Source: Veleropilina oligotropha (Eukaryota). From it: a stretch of DNA of 64,000 nucleotides. The position numbers and the translations under genes are program-made. Positions 24,987 through 37,821 of the stretch are shown here, one piece after another. The DNA lies in contig JBEUKZ010000064.1 in the NCBI GenBank assembly GCA_048128005.1, positions 248,001-312,000 of the forward strand, written 5' to 3'. Below the pieces are notes generated by a model. That model searched no databases and had not been told where the DNA came from. It saw nothing but the letters and a program-made list of their open reading frames with translations. How positions within the stretch are numbered: position 1 is the stretch's first letter; each line of letters starts with the position of its first letter.

Positions 24987-25845
24987 GTACATCTGTTGGT
25001 TGTGTAACCAACCCGGGTTGTTCATTATACCTCTTTGTGTCTGTGGTCAGTTAACCCTCTGCATTAGGAGGTTGTCAATCTTTGTGTTTGTGGACAGTTA
25101 ACCCCCTGGATCAGGAGTATGGGTATATCTGTTGGTTGTGTAACCTACTCGGGTTGTCCATCTTCGTGCCTGTGGACAGTCGACCCTCTGCTTCAGGGGT
25201 ATGGGTACATCTGCTGGTTGTGCAACCTACCCAGGTTGTCCATCTTTGTCTGTGGACAGTTAACCCCCTGCATCAGGAGTATGGGTACATCTGCTGGTTG
25301 TGCAACCTACCCAGGTTGTCCATCTTTGTGTCTGTGGACAGTTACCCCCCTGCATCACGAGTATGGGTACATGTTGATTGTGCAACATATACGCAGGTTG
25401 TCCATCTTTGTGTCTGTGGACAGTTAACCGCCTGCATCAGGGGTATGCAGGGCTCGAAATAAGCATGGTTTTCCTGGTCTCAAACCAGTAAAAATTTCAG
25501 GAAACCAGTCATTTTTAACACATGGTGGTCCAGTGGACCACTGATTTTTACAATACCCGCTTACTATTAATTTTTATCACACACATAAGTTCATTATAAA
25601 GCTATTATTATAGCCTATATAATATATGTAGGCTATTGATCATTACTTTATGACCAGTAAATTTTAAATTTGACAGTGTTTAAAATTTCTGGTGGTCCAT
25701 TGGACCAGTGGTTTTAAATTTGTATTTCTAGCCCTGGTATGTGTACATCTGCTGGTTGTGTAACCTACCCAGGTTGTCCATCTTTGTGTCTGTGGACAGT
25801 CAATCCCCTGCATCAAGGGTATGGGTACATCTGCTGGTTATGCAT
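24987..25845. repeat. Diverged ~78-80-bp tandem repeat interrupted by a MITE
   Basis: GTACATCTGCTGGTTGTGCAACCTACCCAGGTTGTCCATCTTTGTGTCTGTGGACAGTTAACCCC... recurs on both sides of 25448-25736. Confidence 0.88.
25448..25736. mobile_element. MITE with 5-bp TSD (hAT5-like)
   Basis: TIRs CAGGGCTCGAAATA / TATTTCTAGCCCTG; TSD GTATG (25443-25447, 25737-25741); subterminal TGGTCC/GGACCA motifs. Confidence 0.82.
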
Positions 25846-26815
25846 ACCATCGGTGCAGGCAGTCCATCATACCTGGCCTGGCAGCTGGCAGCATAACTGG
25901 GACGGTTCCCAGCCTCTGTAGCCTGTCTATAATTTCCTGGTATGTTGGCAACACAAACAAATAGCAAACCATTTTTTGTTGTGTCTGGAACGATTTGAAA
26001 GGTCATTAATTTTGCAGATTATGTGTGAACAATTCTGACACATCCTTCATCTTCAGTGTTATCGGCAGCCATATGGTGAGTTCGAAAATGCATTACGAAA
26101 ACAAGGAAAGACTAAATACTTGATGTCAAAACATAATTTGCCTATTTATTTTAAGATACATGTAACATAAAACTCTTTTATAGAATAATGAGTAAATTGT
26201 TTCATTTACACTCCTAATGTCAATTGAATTATCACAAACTAGAATTCGTACTTAGAAAATATTTCAATTACGGTATTAACAGTGTCGATACTGTACTTCA
26301 TTTTATTGAAATGTCAAAGAGTCAATTGTATGTTGATGATGTAAAATATAAAAATTCAAAAGTGGAATAGTGAAAATAATTGATCATATCAGATTTGAAT
26401 TCAAACTGTGGTAGAGCTCAATGTTTCATAATCAACTTTTAGTATTGTGTATATACATAGATCAATAATGAATAGCGTTATCATGCCACATATTTTAGTT
26501 ATTCCTTACGTATGAAATTAATCAAACCTTGCTTATGTAATACGTACATGTATCAGTCAGGTATTAATCACTCAGGCAACACCTAGGGTATTATGTATTC
26601 CGAATGTAGTAAATAACTATTAAGTATATAATTTTTTAAACTGCAGACTTATTTAAGCATTTAATGTCCTGCTCTTGTGCATAGTTAAGACACACACATT
26701 ACATATTTATCAATTGGTAGAAAAATTATAGCAATCTATGCAGTCATTCCAGCTTTGCATTATATAATAGTATTTACTTGATCATAGCTTAAGGATCTCT
26801 ATTGTTTAAAATGTA

Positions 26816-26934
26816 CAAGATGTGCATATAATTATGTCCATGAACGAGTGAACCAAGATGTGCATATAATTATGTCCATGAACGAGTGAACCAAGATATG
26901 CATATAATTATGTCCATGAACGAGTGAACCAAGA
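26816..26934. repeat. 38-bp tandem repeat x3
   Basis: CAAGATGTGCATATAATTATGTCCATGAACGAGTGAAC. Confidence 0.92.
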
Positions 26935-28023
26935 GTTCAGACAACAAAATTACTGCAAAATTGCCAAAAAGTCATAAAAAACACAAAACATTTGTATAAG
27001 GTGTGCTCCGGATTTTTATCTAGAACAATCAGTCGAACATATGGAATTCAATGCCATTCCGTCCATCTTATTGCAACAAAGACAGAAACTTGCCACTACC
27101 CACGATCTGAAAACAGTAATTTAGAATTGTGCACACTTCTGGTCAGTTCAGGTTGCCGCTGGCGTATTTGACGTCGTAGTGCATCCCACATCGTCCTGTC
27201 CTGCACCTGGTTACACAATGTCGTCAATTTGCAGCCGAATACAAAGCTTCTCTGGCAGATATTTTACACAGTACATGGTGCCCCGCCCTCATACAACACA
27301 ATGTTTCATTTATCAAATCATTACGACCCCACGCAACCTAACACCATAATCACATCCCCAGGCAGTGGAACCAATTTGATTCATTACTCCTGTGTTAAGG
27401 CAGAATCACCTTTATTTGGATTTAAATACGTGGCTCGTGGGCAAGTTTGCTGTCTAGTGCTACAATTACAGTTCCAATTATTAAATCGCTTTTTCTCTGG
27501 AAGAAAGAAGCCCAGCAACTGATTAATAGCAGACATTTAAGGAATCGCCGTATAATATAAATCACCAGCCAAATTAGACAGCCCCCATTAACAGTATCAG
27601 ATTTTTTCACAGTGAATGAAATTTGGGACCAGAAAATACATAATGAAACGGCATTTTGCCTGGGGCTTCTCATCCTTCAGGCTCCTCATAACATTCGCGT
27701 TAAAGCGGAACCCGACAATTGGAGCATTCTTTGTGGTAAATATTTCATGCAGATTAATTATTCTAAACATCTCGGGTTAACATCATTATCTTGCGGTCAT
27801 AATGAAGACATCAGATGCCATCCTGAGGGTAACGAATCCCCCCAAAATACAAATTCATTGCCCGTACACAACATGCTACACACTGATGATTTAGTGATCA
27901 AATAATTATGGAATTTTCCATGAAATCTGATCAGCAATTTAAAATGTGTTATCTGATCAGCAATTCAAAAGGTCCAGACAAAGTTGGAATGACATATCGC
28001 TAAGAAAAGGTCAATAATGAAAA

Positions 28024-28294
28024 GAAAGGAGAGGATCGATGCTTAATGTCCTGTATATTTCGAACCATCATTTGCTTCAAAGCAGGACATGTCCATATTA
28101 TCGCGTGAGGAAATCCCAGTCGCCCAGGGCAAACTCACTCTCTCCGACCAGTTATGGACAACTGTGACTCATAACTTTAATAAAATAATGTCATGCCCCA
28201 ACTGAGGTTCGAATCCGCTACTGTTCGTGTTAGCAGAATCAAGCCAGTGATTTTTCGAAATCCATAACCGAACCACACGACTGTCGAAGCGGCC
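28024..28294 (-). mobile_element. Full-length GGCCGC-family tRNA-like SINE
   Basis: Head GGCCGCTTCGACAGTCGTGTGG, B box GATTCGAACC, tail CAGGACATTAAGCATCGATCCTCTCC; 16-bp TSD AGGTCAATAATGAAAA (28008-28023, 28295-28310). Confidence 0.9.
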
Positions 28295-29909
28295 AGGTCA
28301 ATAATGAAAAAATTTCCACATTTAATATGCACAACTACACTACATGTACATGTGGTAATTATCTATTTTCAAGGAGTAATATGGACAAAGATTAGAGTTC
28401 AAATGTCACAAGGACACGGTGTAGGCCCATCAAAAAAATTTTGACACCGATTTGTGCACAATTACATTATGTGGTGATCATATATGAGAAGTTTGGTTGA
28501 GATCTGCTCATCAGTTTGGAAGAAATAGTCTGGACACACAGATCAAGTGATTCCAGTATCAGGTTGCCCAATGAAACACAATATGGTCACGTAAAACTGT
28601 AAGACAATGGCAATAGGCGTCTTTGACTGACTTAAAACAGGCCTAAAAGGATCAGAGATAAAACAGATGCACTTGTCAAAGCCATACTTATGTGTTTGTA
28701 TTTGGCTTCTCTACAAAATATTGACCTTTGATTTGTCTAATTTAAAAAAAAAAACAAGTGCTATCGATATAGCGGTATCCCCCGCAGTAAAGTATTTTGT
28801 CAATATATGCAAGAAATAGATTTAGTGCAATGTTTTGATGGTATGGAGATATTTGATCGAAATTGGTCTTTAATCCCTAGATCTATCAACCAGCATATAC
28901 ATATATAAAATATATCTTGAGCAGCACACATGCACTAATTGAATAACTTTGTCCAAACTTGCAAATGTAACACATTATTGCGTTAAATTAACCAAAATGT
29001 ATATGTCCAAATACACAAATTTAACACAGTTTTGTGTTAAAATGAATTCAACATCACTGCCAGAGCAGCATGTAGCATCACAAAGTCAACCCATATGCAC
29101 TCACTGAAAAAAATTTAGCCAGAAACTTTAAATAAAATTTCACAGAATATTTAAATTAAACTAGAAATATGTTCCCCGGAACATGGATATGCCCCGGGAT
29201 GAAGACACCGGATGCTGCACCTTGCCAATAGCTTTATGACTATCAAACACGTATTTAAATCTTTAAACTTTAACCAAAAACAACAACCAACATTTTGAAG
29301 TTCAAAAACATCAATTTTAGACAATTTTATATTAAATTCAAATCCATATCAGTGCCAGAGTATCAGGTGGCATCCATATAACCATTACCAATGCATATGG
29401 ATGCAAAAAGACGGCCTTGAGAAAGCCATATTCATCCAATTGAAAACTTGAACCCAAACTTGATACAAATTTTCAAAGAACAAAAACACCAATTTGAGTC
29501 ATTATTTTATTAAATTCTATTTGATATCAGTGCCAGATCTAGAGTATCAGATGACATCCATATATAACCATTACCAATGCATAAGGATGCAAAAAGTGCC
29601 TTGAGCAAGCCATATTCATCCAATTGTCCAAGAACACCAATTTCAGGCATTAATTATATTAAATTCCATTCAACATCAGTGCCAGAGTATCAGCAGGCAT
29701 CCATATGTGCATTACCAATGCACACGTATGCAAAGAAGAGCCTTAAGCAACACATATGCGACCATTGAAAAACTTCAACCGAAAACTTTAACCAAAATTT
29801 CTATGTCCACAACCACCAATTTCAGGCATTATTTATTTTAAATTCCATTCAATATCAGTGTTAGAGTATCAGGTGACATCCATATAACCATTATCAATGC
29901 ATATTTAAT

Positions 29910-30676
29910 ACAAGAGCCCGTTAGAAAACAGATTCATCCCCCGCCTTCCGCAATCACTCTGATATAAACTTTAACCAAAACTTATATGTCCAAACACATC
30001 AAGTTTCTTCAATATTTATACAAAATAATATTCTATGTCCACAAACACTAATTTCACATGTTATTTATATTATAAATCACTTGCAGATGAGGGAGCAGCA
30101 TCAATATAGTCAACACTAAAGTATATGGATGAAAAACAATGCATAGTACAACCCATATGCCCATTGAATAATTAGAACAAAACGAACCAAAATTTCTATG
30201 TCCACAATTTGGACCACAAACACCTATTTTTATGCAAGAATTATATTAAATTTAATTCAGCATCACTTCAATATTATCAGTTGACAATCATATTATCAAT
30301 ACCAAAGCATATATACACCAAAATTTTGTTTCAACAAACCATATACACTCAATGAAAAACTTTAACCAGAAACTGTAACCAAAATTTCTATGTCCACAAA
30401 CACCTATTTTTATGCAATAATTATATTAAATTTAATTCAGCATCACTTCCATGGTATCAGTTGACATTCATATTAATTATCAATACCAAAGCATATATAC
30501 ACCAATATGTTGTTTCAACAACCCATATACACTCAATGAAAAACTTTAACCAGAACTTAAATCGAACATCAACCAAATTGTTTACGGACGTACGGACGGA
30601 TGGATGCTGGACGAACGCCCAGCCGGACGTACGGATGGACATGGCAACAACAATATCCCCCGCTACCCTTCGGGTA
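29910..30676 (-). mobile_element. HINE-like element family D nested in C
   Basis: ACAAGAGCCCG...ATCCCCCGC end, core repeats, (CGGA/GGAC)n tract and a truncated terminal hairpin ATATCCCCCGCTACCCTTCGGGTA. Confidence 0.7.
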
Positions 30677-30743
30677 TTGAGCAACCCACATGCGCCCAAT
30701 AAAAAACTTGAACCAAAATTTCTATGTCCAAGAACACTAATTC

Positions 30744-31005
30744 GTTACATCGAAGACAAAGCAACTTTCAAAAGATCTCTCAAAACACACTTGTTCCGGA
30801 AACATTTCCCATAAACTGAAAATCTCGCATCTATCAACTTTTTCCTTAATTGTGTTAAGTCGGCTATAAAATATGTATGTCTTGTAAATGTATATTGTTT
30901 ATCATTGTCTGTTTAAGTGTTCTGATTCAATCATTGTAAAGCGCAAAGTGCTAGAATCCTTTCCTGATCTTGCGCTATATAAATCTCTCATTATTATTAT
31001 TATTA
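30744..31005 (+). mobile_element. 5'-truncated L2/CR1-group LINE 3' end
   Basis: Encodes ...ATFKRSLKTHLFRKHFP* (resembles the FKxxLKTHLF C-terminus of L2-type ORF2); the 3' UTR ends TGTAAAGCGC...GCGCTATATAAAT...(TTA)n. Confidence 0.8.
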
Positions 31006-32758
31006 ATTATACATTAAATTCCATTCAATATCAGTTCCATTGTATCAGCAGGCATCCATAAAACCACTACCAATGCACATGTATGCACAGAAGAGCATTT
31101 AGCAACCATATAAGCCCAATGAAAAACTTTAACCGAAAACTTTAACCAAAATATCTATGTCCAAAAACACCAATTTCGGCATTATTTATATTAAATTCCA
31201 TTCAATATCAGTGCCACAGTATCAGTTGATATCCACATAACCATTATCAATGCATATTTAAGCAAATAAGAGCTTTGAGCAACCCGTATATATGTCCAAT
31301 GAAAAACTTTAACCAAAAGTTTTACCATAATTTATATGTACAAGAACACCAATTTCAGGCATTAATTATATGAAATTCCATTCAATATCCATGTCAGAGT
31401 ATCAGCAGGCATCCATATAACCATTGCCATTGCATATGCATGCAAAAAAGTGCCTTCCACAACCCATATACACTCAATAAAAAACTTTAACCAAATCCGG
31501 ACACACACACAGACGCAGTGAAAGCAATATGCCCTTAGAGACTATCGTCCCGGGGCATAAAAATGCCTTGAGCAAGCCATATTATATACACTTGATGACA
31601 AACTTTAACCGAAAGTTCACCTAAATTTCTATGTCCAAAAAGACCAACATATTTCCATTAATTAAATTAAAATTTAATCAATATCACTGCCAGAGTATCA
31701 GGTAACATCCATACAACCAATAACAAAGCATATATATGCCAAAAAGTGCATTGAGCAAGCCATGTATACACTTGATGAAAAACTATAACCGAAAACTTTA
31801 ACCTAAAATTTACCGATATTTCTATGCCACAAAAGACCACTATATTTCCATTAATTATATTAAAATTTATTCAATATCACTGCCAGAGTATCAGGTAACA
31901 TCCATACAACCAATAACAAAGTATATATATGCACAAAAGTGCCTTGAGCAAGCCATATACACTCAATGAAAAACTTTAACCGAAAACTTTAACCTTAAAT
32001 TTGCCTAAATTTCTATGTCCCAAAAGACCACTATATTTTCATCAATTATATTAAAATGTATTCAATGACTGCCAGAGTATCAGGTGACATCCATACAACC
32101 AATAATAAAAGCGCCTTGAGCAAGCCATATACACTTGATGAAAAACTTTAACCGAAAACTTTAACCTAAAATTTGCCTAAATTTCTGTCCCAAAAGACCA
32201 CAATATTTCCATTAATTATATTAAAATGTATCCAATATGACTGCCAGAGTATCAGGTAACATCCATACAACCAATAACAAAGTATATATATATGCAAAAA
32301 AGTGCCTTGAGAAAGCCATATACACTCAATGAAAAACTTTAACCAAATCCGGACACACATACAGACACACAGACGCAGTGAAAGCAATATGCCCTTCGGG
32401 ACTATCGTCCCGGGGCATAATTATAATCAATATAACTGTAACAATAGCAGGTAACAACTACGAAGCATACACCAATGCATATGGTTGCAACAACATGTCT
32501 TGATCAATCAATATGCAGTAATTGAATAACTTAAACCGAAAATGTTTACTAAATTTCTATGTCAAAAAAACATTTTATTTTATTTTAAATTTTATTAAAT
32601 ATCACTTCCAGAATAGTAGGTAGTGTCAATATGGCAAACACCAAAGTATATGCATTAAAAAAGGGCCAACACCAAAGAATATGCATTAAAAAAGTGCTTT
32701 ATTTATATGCAATAATAAAAAAACTTTAACCTCAAAAATGTTACTAAAATTTTATATA

Positions 32759-33251
32759 AACAAGAACCACGGTCCGATATGTCTCGCCCTTTAAATATAT
32801 ATATCAATGTATCAGAAAATTCCATTCAATGAAAAACTTTAACCGAAAAAATTTTAACCAAAAACTTTAACCATAATTTATATGTCCAAAAACACCAATT
32901 TCATGCATTATTTATATAAAATTCCATTCAATAACAGTTCCAGAGTATCAGGTGTTGTCCATATAACCATTACCAATGCATATTTATGCATAAAAACTTT
33001 AAACAAAAACTTTAACCAACATTTCTATGTCCAAAAACACCAATTTCATGGATTATTTATATAAAATTCCATTCAATAACAGTTCCAGAGTATCAGGTGT
33101 TGTCCATATAACCATTACCAATGCATATGTATGCATAAAAGTGGCTTTAGCAACCCATACACATGCAATGAAAAACTTTAACCGAAAATGACACGCCGAC
33201 GCCGCCGGAAAATGTAATCCCTAAGTCTCGCTTTCCCTTCGGGGCGAGACA
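32759..33251 (-). mobile_element. HINE-like element family F nested in A
   Basis: AACAAGAACCACGGTCCGATATGTCTCGCCC ... GTCTCGCTTTCCCTTCGGGGCGAGACA; absent from the second A copy (empty A/T run at ~47205-47215); same termini as 57660-58560. Confidence 0.87.
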
Positions 33252-34210
33252 AAAACATCAATTTCACAAATTATTTACATTAAATTTTGTTAAATATCAC
33301 TGCCAGGCTAGCAGCTAACATCAATATAGCCAGCAACAAAGCATAAGTGTGCAAAAAAGTGCAATGATCATTGTATAAGCACTCTTTGAAAAACTTTAAC
33401 CGAAAAATTTTAACTCAATTTCTATGTCCCAAAACACCAATTTCATGCATTATTTATATAAAATTATAATGTAAATCATTGCCAGAGTATCAGGTCACAT
33501 CCATATAACCATTACTAAAGCTTGTATATGCCGAAATGTTCCTTGAGCAATCGATATACACTCAAAGAAAAACTTTAACCAAAAACTTTAACCAAAAAAT
33601 GTCTATGTTCAAAGTGCTTTTTTTCCACAAAATAAAAAAAAAAATATTTTCGTTTTTGGTTCCAACTAAAGGCTAAACATGTCTACTTTCCATCTAAATA
33701 GGTTTGATTGAGTTATTCATCCATTAAATGCATGTAATACCTCATCCAAAAATTTTAACCAAAAGTGTGACCGGACGGACGGACGCCCGGACGGAGGCTA
33801 TCCCTATATTCCCCTTCGGCATTTTCCTTCGGAAGCCGCGGGGGATAATTAACTGAAATGCCAGTCTGTGATAAAATGCAGACTGGTGATTATAGCATAA
33901 CCAATTAATAAGATCTTGTGAACTTCTCAAAAATATTCTCTAAGCAACATGAATAGGCAGAGACAAAGTGTTATTTTATTGAAATTGTCTGGTTACAGTC
34001 GTTCATATTCGCTTTTACCAAACTGCTTATCAAGATTTCTTTTTGGCACATTGTGAGCCTTTAAAACTACTTCATATATTAGGCAAGGCTATGCCAAATG
34101 AAAATGGTGCACACTATTAGTTTTATGGATATTTTAAGAATTGTGACATCTAAGTCGGTCTTCTTTGACAGGTTTAAAACTGTGACATTCAAAGAATTAT
34201 GACAAGCATA

Positions 34211-34363
34211 TCGATGGTAATACCTGGGGCCCTGGGGGACAGACAGGTCGATGGTAATACCTGGGGCCCTGGGGGACAGACAGGTCGATGGTAATACCTG
34301 GGGCCCTGGGGGACAGACAGGTCGATGGTAATACCTGGGGCCCTGGGGGACACAGACAGGTCG
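34211..34363. repeat. 37-bp G-rich tandem repeat x4
   Basis: TCGATGGTAATACCTGGGGCCCTGGGGGACAGACAGG. Confidence 0.93.
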
Positions 34364-35639
34364 CATTTCAGATATGCAGCCACGCAGGCTGGGGGCAGTT
34401 TGCTCTAGAGGTAGCCCTTAAACATGAAGGGTCACAAAACACTCCAGTTTGCTATGAAGTGTCATTCAATCTCACAGCAATACTAGACCGAATAAATCAC
34501 ATATATTTCAAAGAACACCTCTACCTTATAACTCATGTTCAAACATTGGTAAATTAAATATGCACTCCATTTAACACTGCACAGTCACAATGGACGACAC
34601 AATTATATGACAAGGGCGCAAACAGACAGGCATGTACATATGTATGTAAAACTACTTATTTGAAATCGATCCGGTAACTGGATGCCCGTAACATATCATG
34701 GGCAAACACCCGTGTGTGGATGTAGGCGATGTAGGCCAGGTGCAGTCTGACAGCTATCCCCAACGCGAATTCACCGCCAGGCTTCGCTGTTTAGTATACC
34801 TGATAAAAGTAAACGGAACAATGGCCATGCTAAAGCACCCATTGATAAAAGCGATCGAGTTAACACAAACACAGTTTCTGGTTCATGCTAGCTGTTAAGT
34901 GTGTTTTGTCAAAGTAGACACAAAATTAAATCCTTGAACAATCACCATGTATACAACACGGTAAGAAAAACACTGATGCGTGTACCGTGACTCTAGTGAC
35001 TACAAGACATAAATGCCGACCACATATACAAATATATCAATACATAATATATGCCAACTATTATTAAATCATACGAGGATTGCTTATTTTTGGTGTAAAT
35101 AATTAATAAATGTAAATATTATAATATATAACATGACAATTATTACTTGTCACAAAATCTCAATTTCAGATGATAAAACAACCTAATAATTATGCAAAGA
35201 TACACAGAAATGAAAATATTTGATTTCCATGCATCTAGATTTCTTGTTTAGGATAATACTGTACTTATGCATTAATTAAGATATCTCCCAAAACCCTAAT
35301 AAATTTGATATTCTGTCATAGATTATACTAATTCTGGCATTATACTGACTTACAGTTAAACAATATCACTTCAACATACAATGCATTTCTATACTGAGGA
35401 GTCGAGATCTACTACGCTGCCAGGTCAACATAGCGACAGATCTGATCACGTTGACCTGGAGTGCCGTATTTATGAAATCACATGATTTGTTTACAAATTA
35501 CATGCGTAATATAAATATATGATCTCTGTTTAGTAAACACCTACATACTGTTTACTTCATTCCATGAGAAAAGTAAAGTTCACAACCAAAAATTAATACA
35601 TATGCAGAAGGTCATGCTATTTTAACATTGCACGCATAC

Positions 35640-36584
35640 CTGAACCAACAAACAGTCCCGATTATGGTGTTACATCTGAACCAACAAACAGTCACAATTA
35701 TGGTGTTACATCTGAACCAACAAACAGTCCGATTATGGTGTTATATCTGAACCAACAAACAGTCCCGATTATGGTGTTACATCGGAACCAACAAACAGTC
35801 CCAATTATGGTGTTACATCTGAACCAACAAACAGTCCCGATTATGGTGTTACATCGGAACCAACAAACAGTCCCGATTATGGTGTTACATCGGAACCAAA
35901 CAAACAGTCCCTAACAGTCCCGATTATGGTGTTACATCTGAACCAACAAACAGTCACGATTATGGTGTTACATCTGAACCAACAAACAGTCCCGATTAGG
36001 TGTTACATCGGAACCAACAAACAGTCCCGATTATGGTGTTACATCTGAACCAACCAACAGTCCTGATTATGGTGTTACATCTGAACCAACCAACAGTCCT
36101 GATTATGGTGTTACATCTGAACCAACAAACAGTCCCGATTATGGTGTTACATCTGAACCAACCAACAGTCCCGATTATGGTGTTACATCTGAACCAACAA
36201 ACAGTCCCGATTATGGTGTTACATCTGAACCAACCAACAGTCCCGATTATGGTGTTACATCTTAACCAACAAACAGTCCTGATTATGGTGTTACATCTGA
36301 ACCAACAAACAGTCCCGATTATGGTGTTACATCTGAACCAACAAACAGTCCCGATTATGGTGTTACATCTAAACCAACAAACAGTCCCGATTATGGTGTT
36401 ACATCTGAACCAACCAACAGTCCCGATTATGGTGTTACATCTGAACCAACCAACAGTCCTGATTATGGTGTTACATCTGAACCAACCAACAGTCCTGATT
36501 ATGGTGTTACATCTGAACCAACCAACAGTCCTGATTATGGTGTTACATCTGAACCAACCAACAGTCCTGATTATGGTGTTACAT
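35640..36584. repeat. 36-bp minisatellite CTGAACCAACAAACAGTCCCGATTATGGTGTTACAT, ~26 copies
   Basis: Direct reading; it explains the ORFs at 35996-36658. Confidence 0.96.
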
Positions 36585-36762
36585 GCATGAGGACAATGAA
36601 AGCATTTCGTAATACGTAATGTTGCAATAGTATTGATATTTTCCCACAGTGTGAACAAGATCTGCCCCTGTTAATGAAGGGATATCAGTGAAATGCAATG
36701 ACATCCGATTGTTAGATCGGAGTCTCACCCACCTTAGACTGTCTCTTGATAAATTAAGATAA

Positions 36763-37821
36763 AAACTAGAATAAAGTTGTGGCACGCCACAATAATGCCC
36801 TCGCGTAGACACCAAATAATATTAAATACAACCATATAAATTGCAATATCACCGCCAAAATAGCTAGTGATATATCAAAGGTGATAGGATAAGTATATGT
36901 ATTAAAATAAGTGCAAATAATGTCCACATAAACTTCTATTTATACTTAAAATCTAGAATATCTGATATATCCATTGAGCCAGCAGGCACCCACGACCGAG
37001 CTCATTACACACAGTGGGCTAGCCGGTAATAGATGCTTCGTTGTTATCATACAAAAACCATGTTTAACACTTTCAGCAGTGTTCTAATAAACATTAAAAT
37101 CCGAAGTCCACTTCAATATCTTTAATGACATTGAATTACATGCAAACCCTGTCATAGGTGAAATTCACCTAACATGAATATAATTATTACATAGTTTATC
37201 AAATTTCTATGTCCGAAAAGATTACCATATTTTAATTAATTAAATTAAATTTTATTAAATATCATTGCCAGAGTATATGATGACATCCATATAACCAATA
37301 ACAAAGCATATGTATGCCAAAATCTCAAATCAACAACTCATATTCACTTAACCAAAAACTTAAAATTCACCAAAATTTCTATGTCCAAAAATGCTACCAT
37401 ATTACCTTTAATTATATTAAATTTTATTAAATATAATTTCCAAAGTATCAGATGATATCCATATAACCAATAACAAAGTATAGATATGCCAAAACGTAGC
37501 TTAAATAACCCATATCCACTCAATGAAAAACTTTAACCAAAAACTTTAACCTAAAATTCACCCAAGTTTCTATATCCACAAACACCACTTTATTTTCATA
37601 AATTATAATAACTTTTATTAAATATCACTGCCAGAGAATCAGGTGACATCCCTTTAACCAATATCAAAGCATACATATGCCAAAAAGGTCACTTGAACAG
37701 CCCATTAGACTCAATGAAAAACTTTAACCAAAATGTTGACGCCGGACGCCGTGACGCCGGACGCCGTGACGCCGGACGGAGCAGAAACAATATGCCCTTC
37801 GGCCTTCGGCGCGGGCATAAA
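36763..37821 (-). mobile_element. HINE-like element family G
   Basis: AACTAG end with hairpin TTGTGGC-AC-GCCACAA and ATGCCC subTIR; shared ~160-bp core repeats; GACGCC tract; terminus TATGCCCTTCGGCCTTCGGCGCGGGCATAAAA. Confidence 0.82.

Larger units (their letters stand above)
29160..32420 (-). mobile_element. HINE-like element family C nested in A, with a duplicated terminus
   Basis: ACTAG end with hairpin ATGTTCC-CC-GGAACAT and subTIR TATGCCCCGGGA; the terminus ...TCGTCCCGGGGCATAA occurs at ~31560 and ~32420; the empty site is seen in the A copy at ~47515-47530. Confidence 0.85.
28753..33848 (-). mobile_element. DINE-1/HINE-like element family A (host of nested insertions)
   Basis: AACAAG end with hairpin GCTAT-CGAT-ATAGC and subTIR TATCCCCCGC; the other end has (GGAC)n and GCGGGGGATA; homologous to the opposite-strand copy at 45572-47984 (strand given in DINE-1 convention). 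Confidence 0.85.

Noticed and set aside
28360..28560. Degenerate HINE-like fragment
   Set aside because: It has only vague motif similarity and its termini are not definable.
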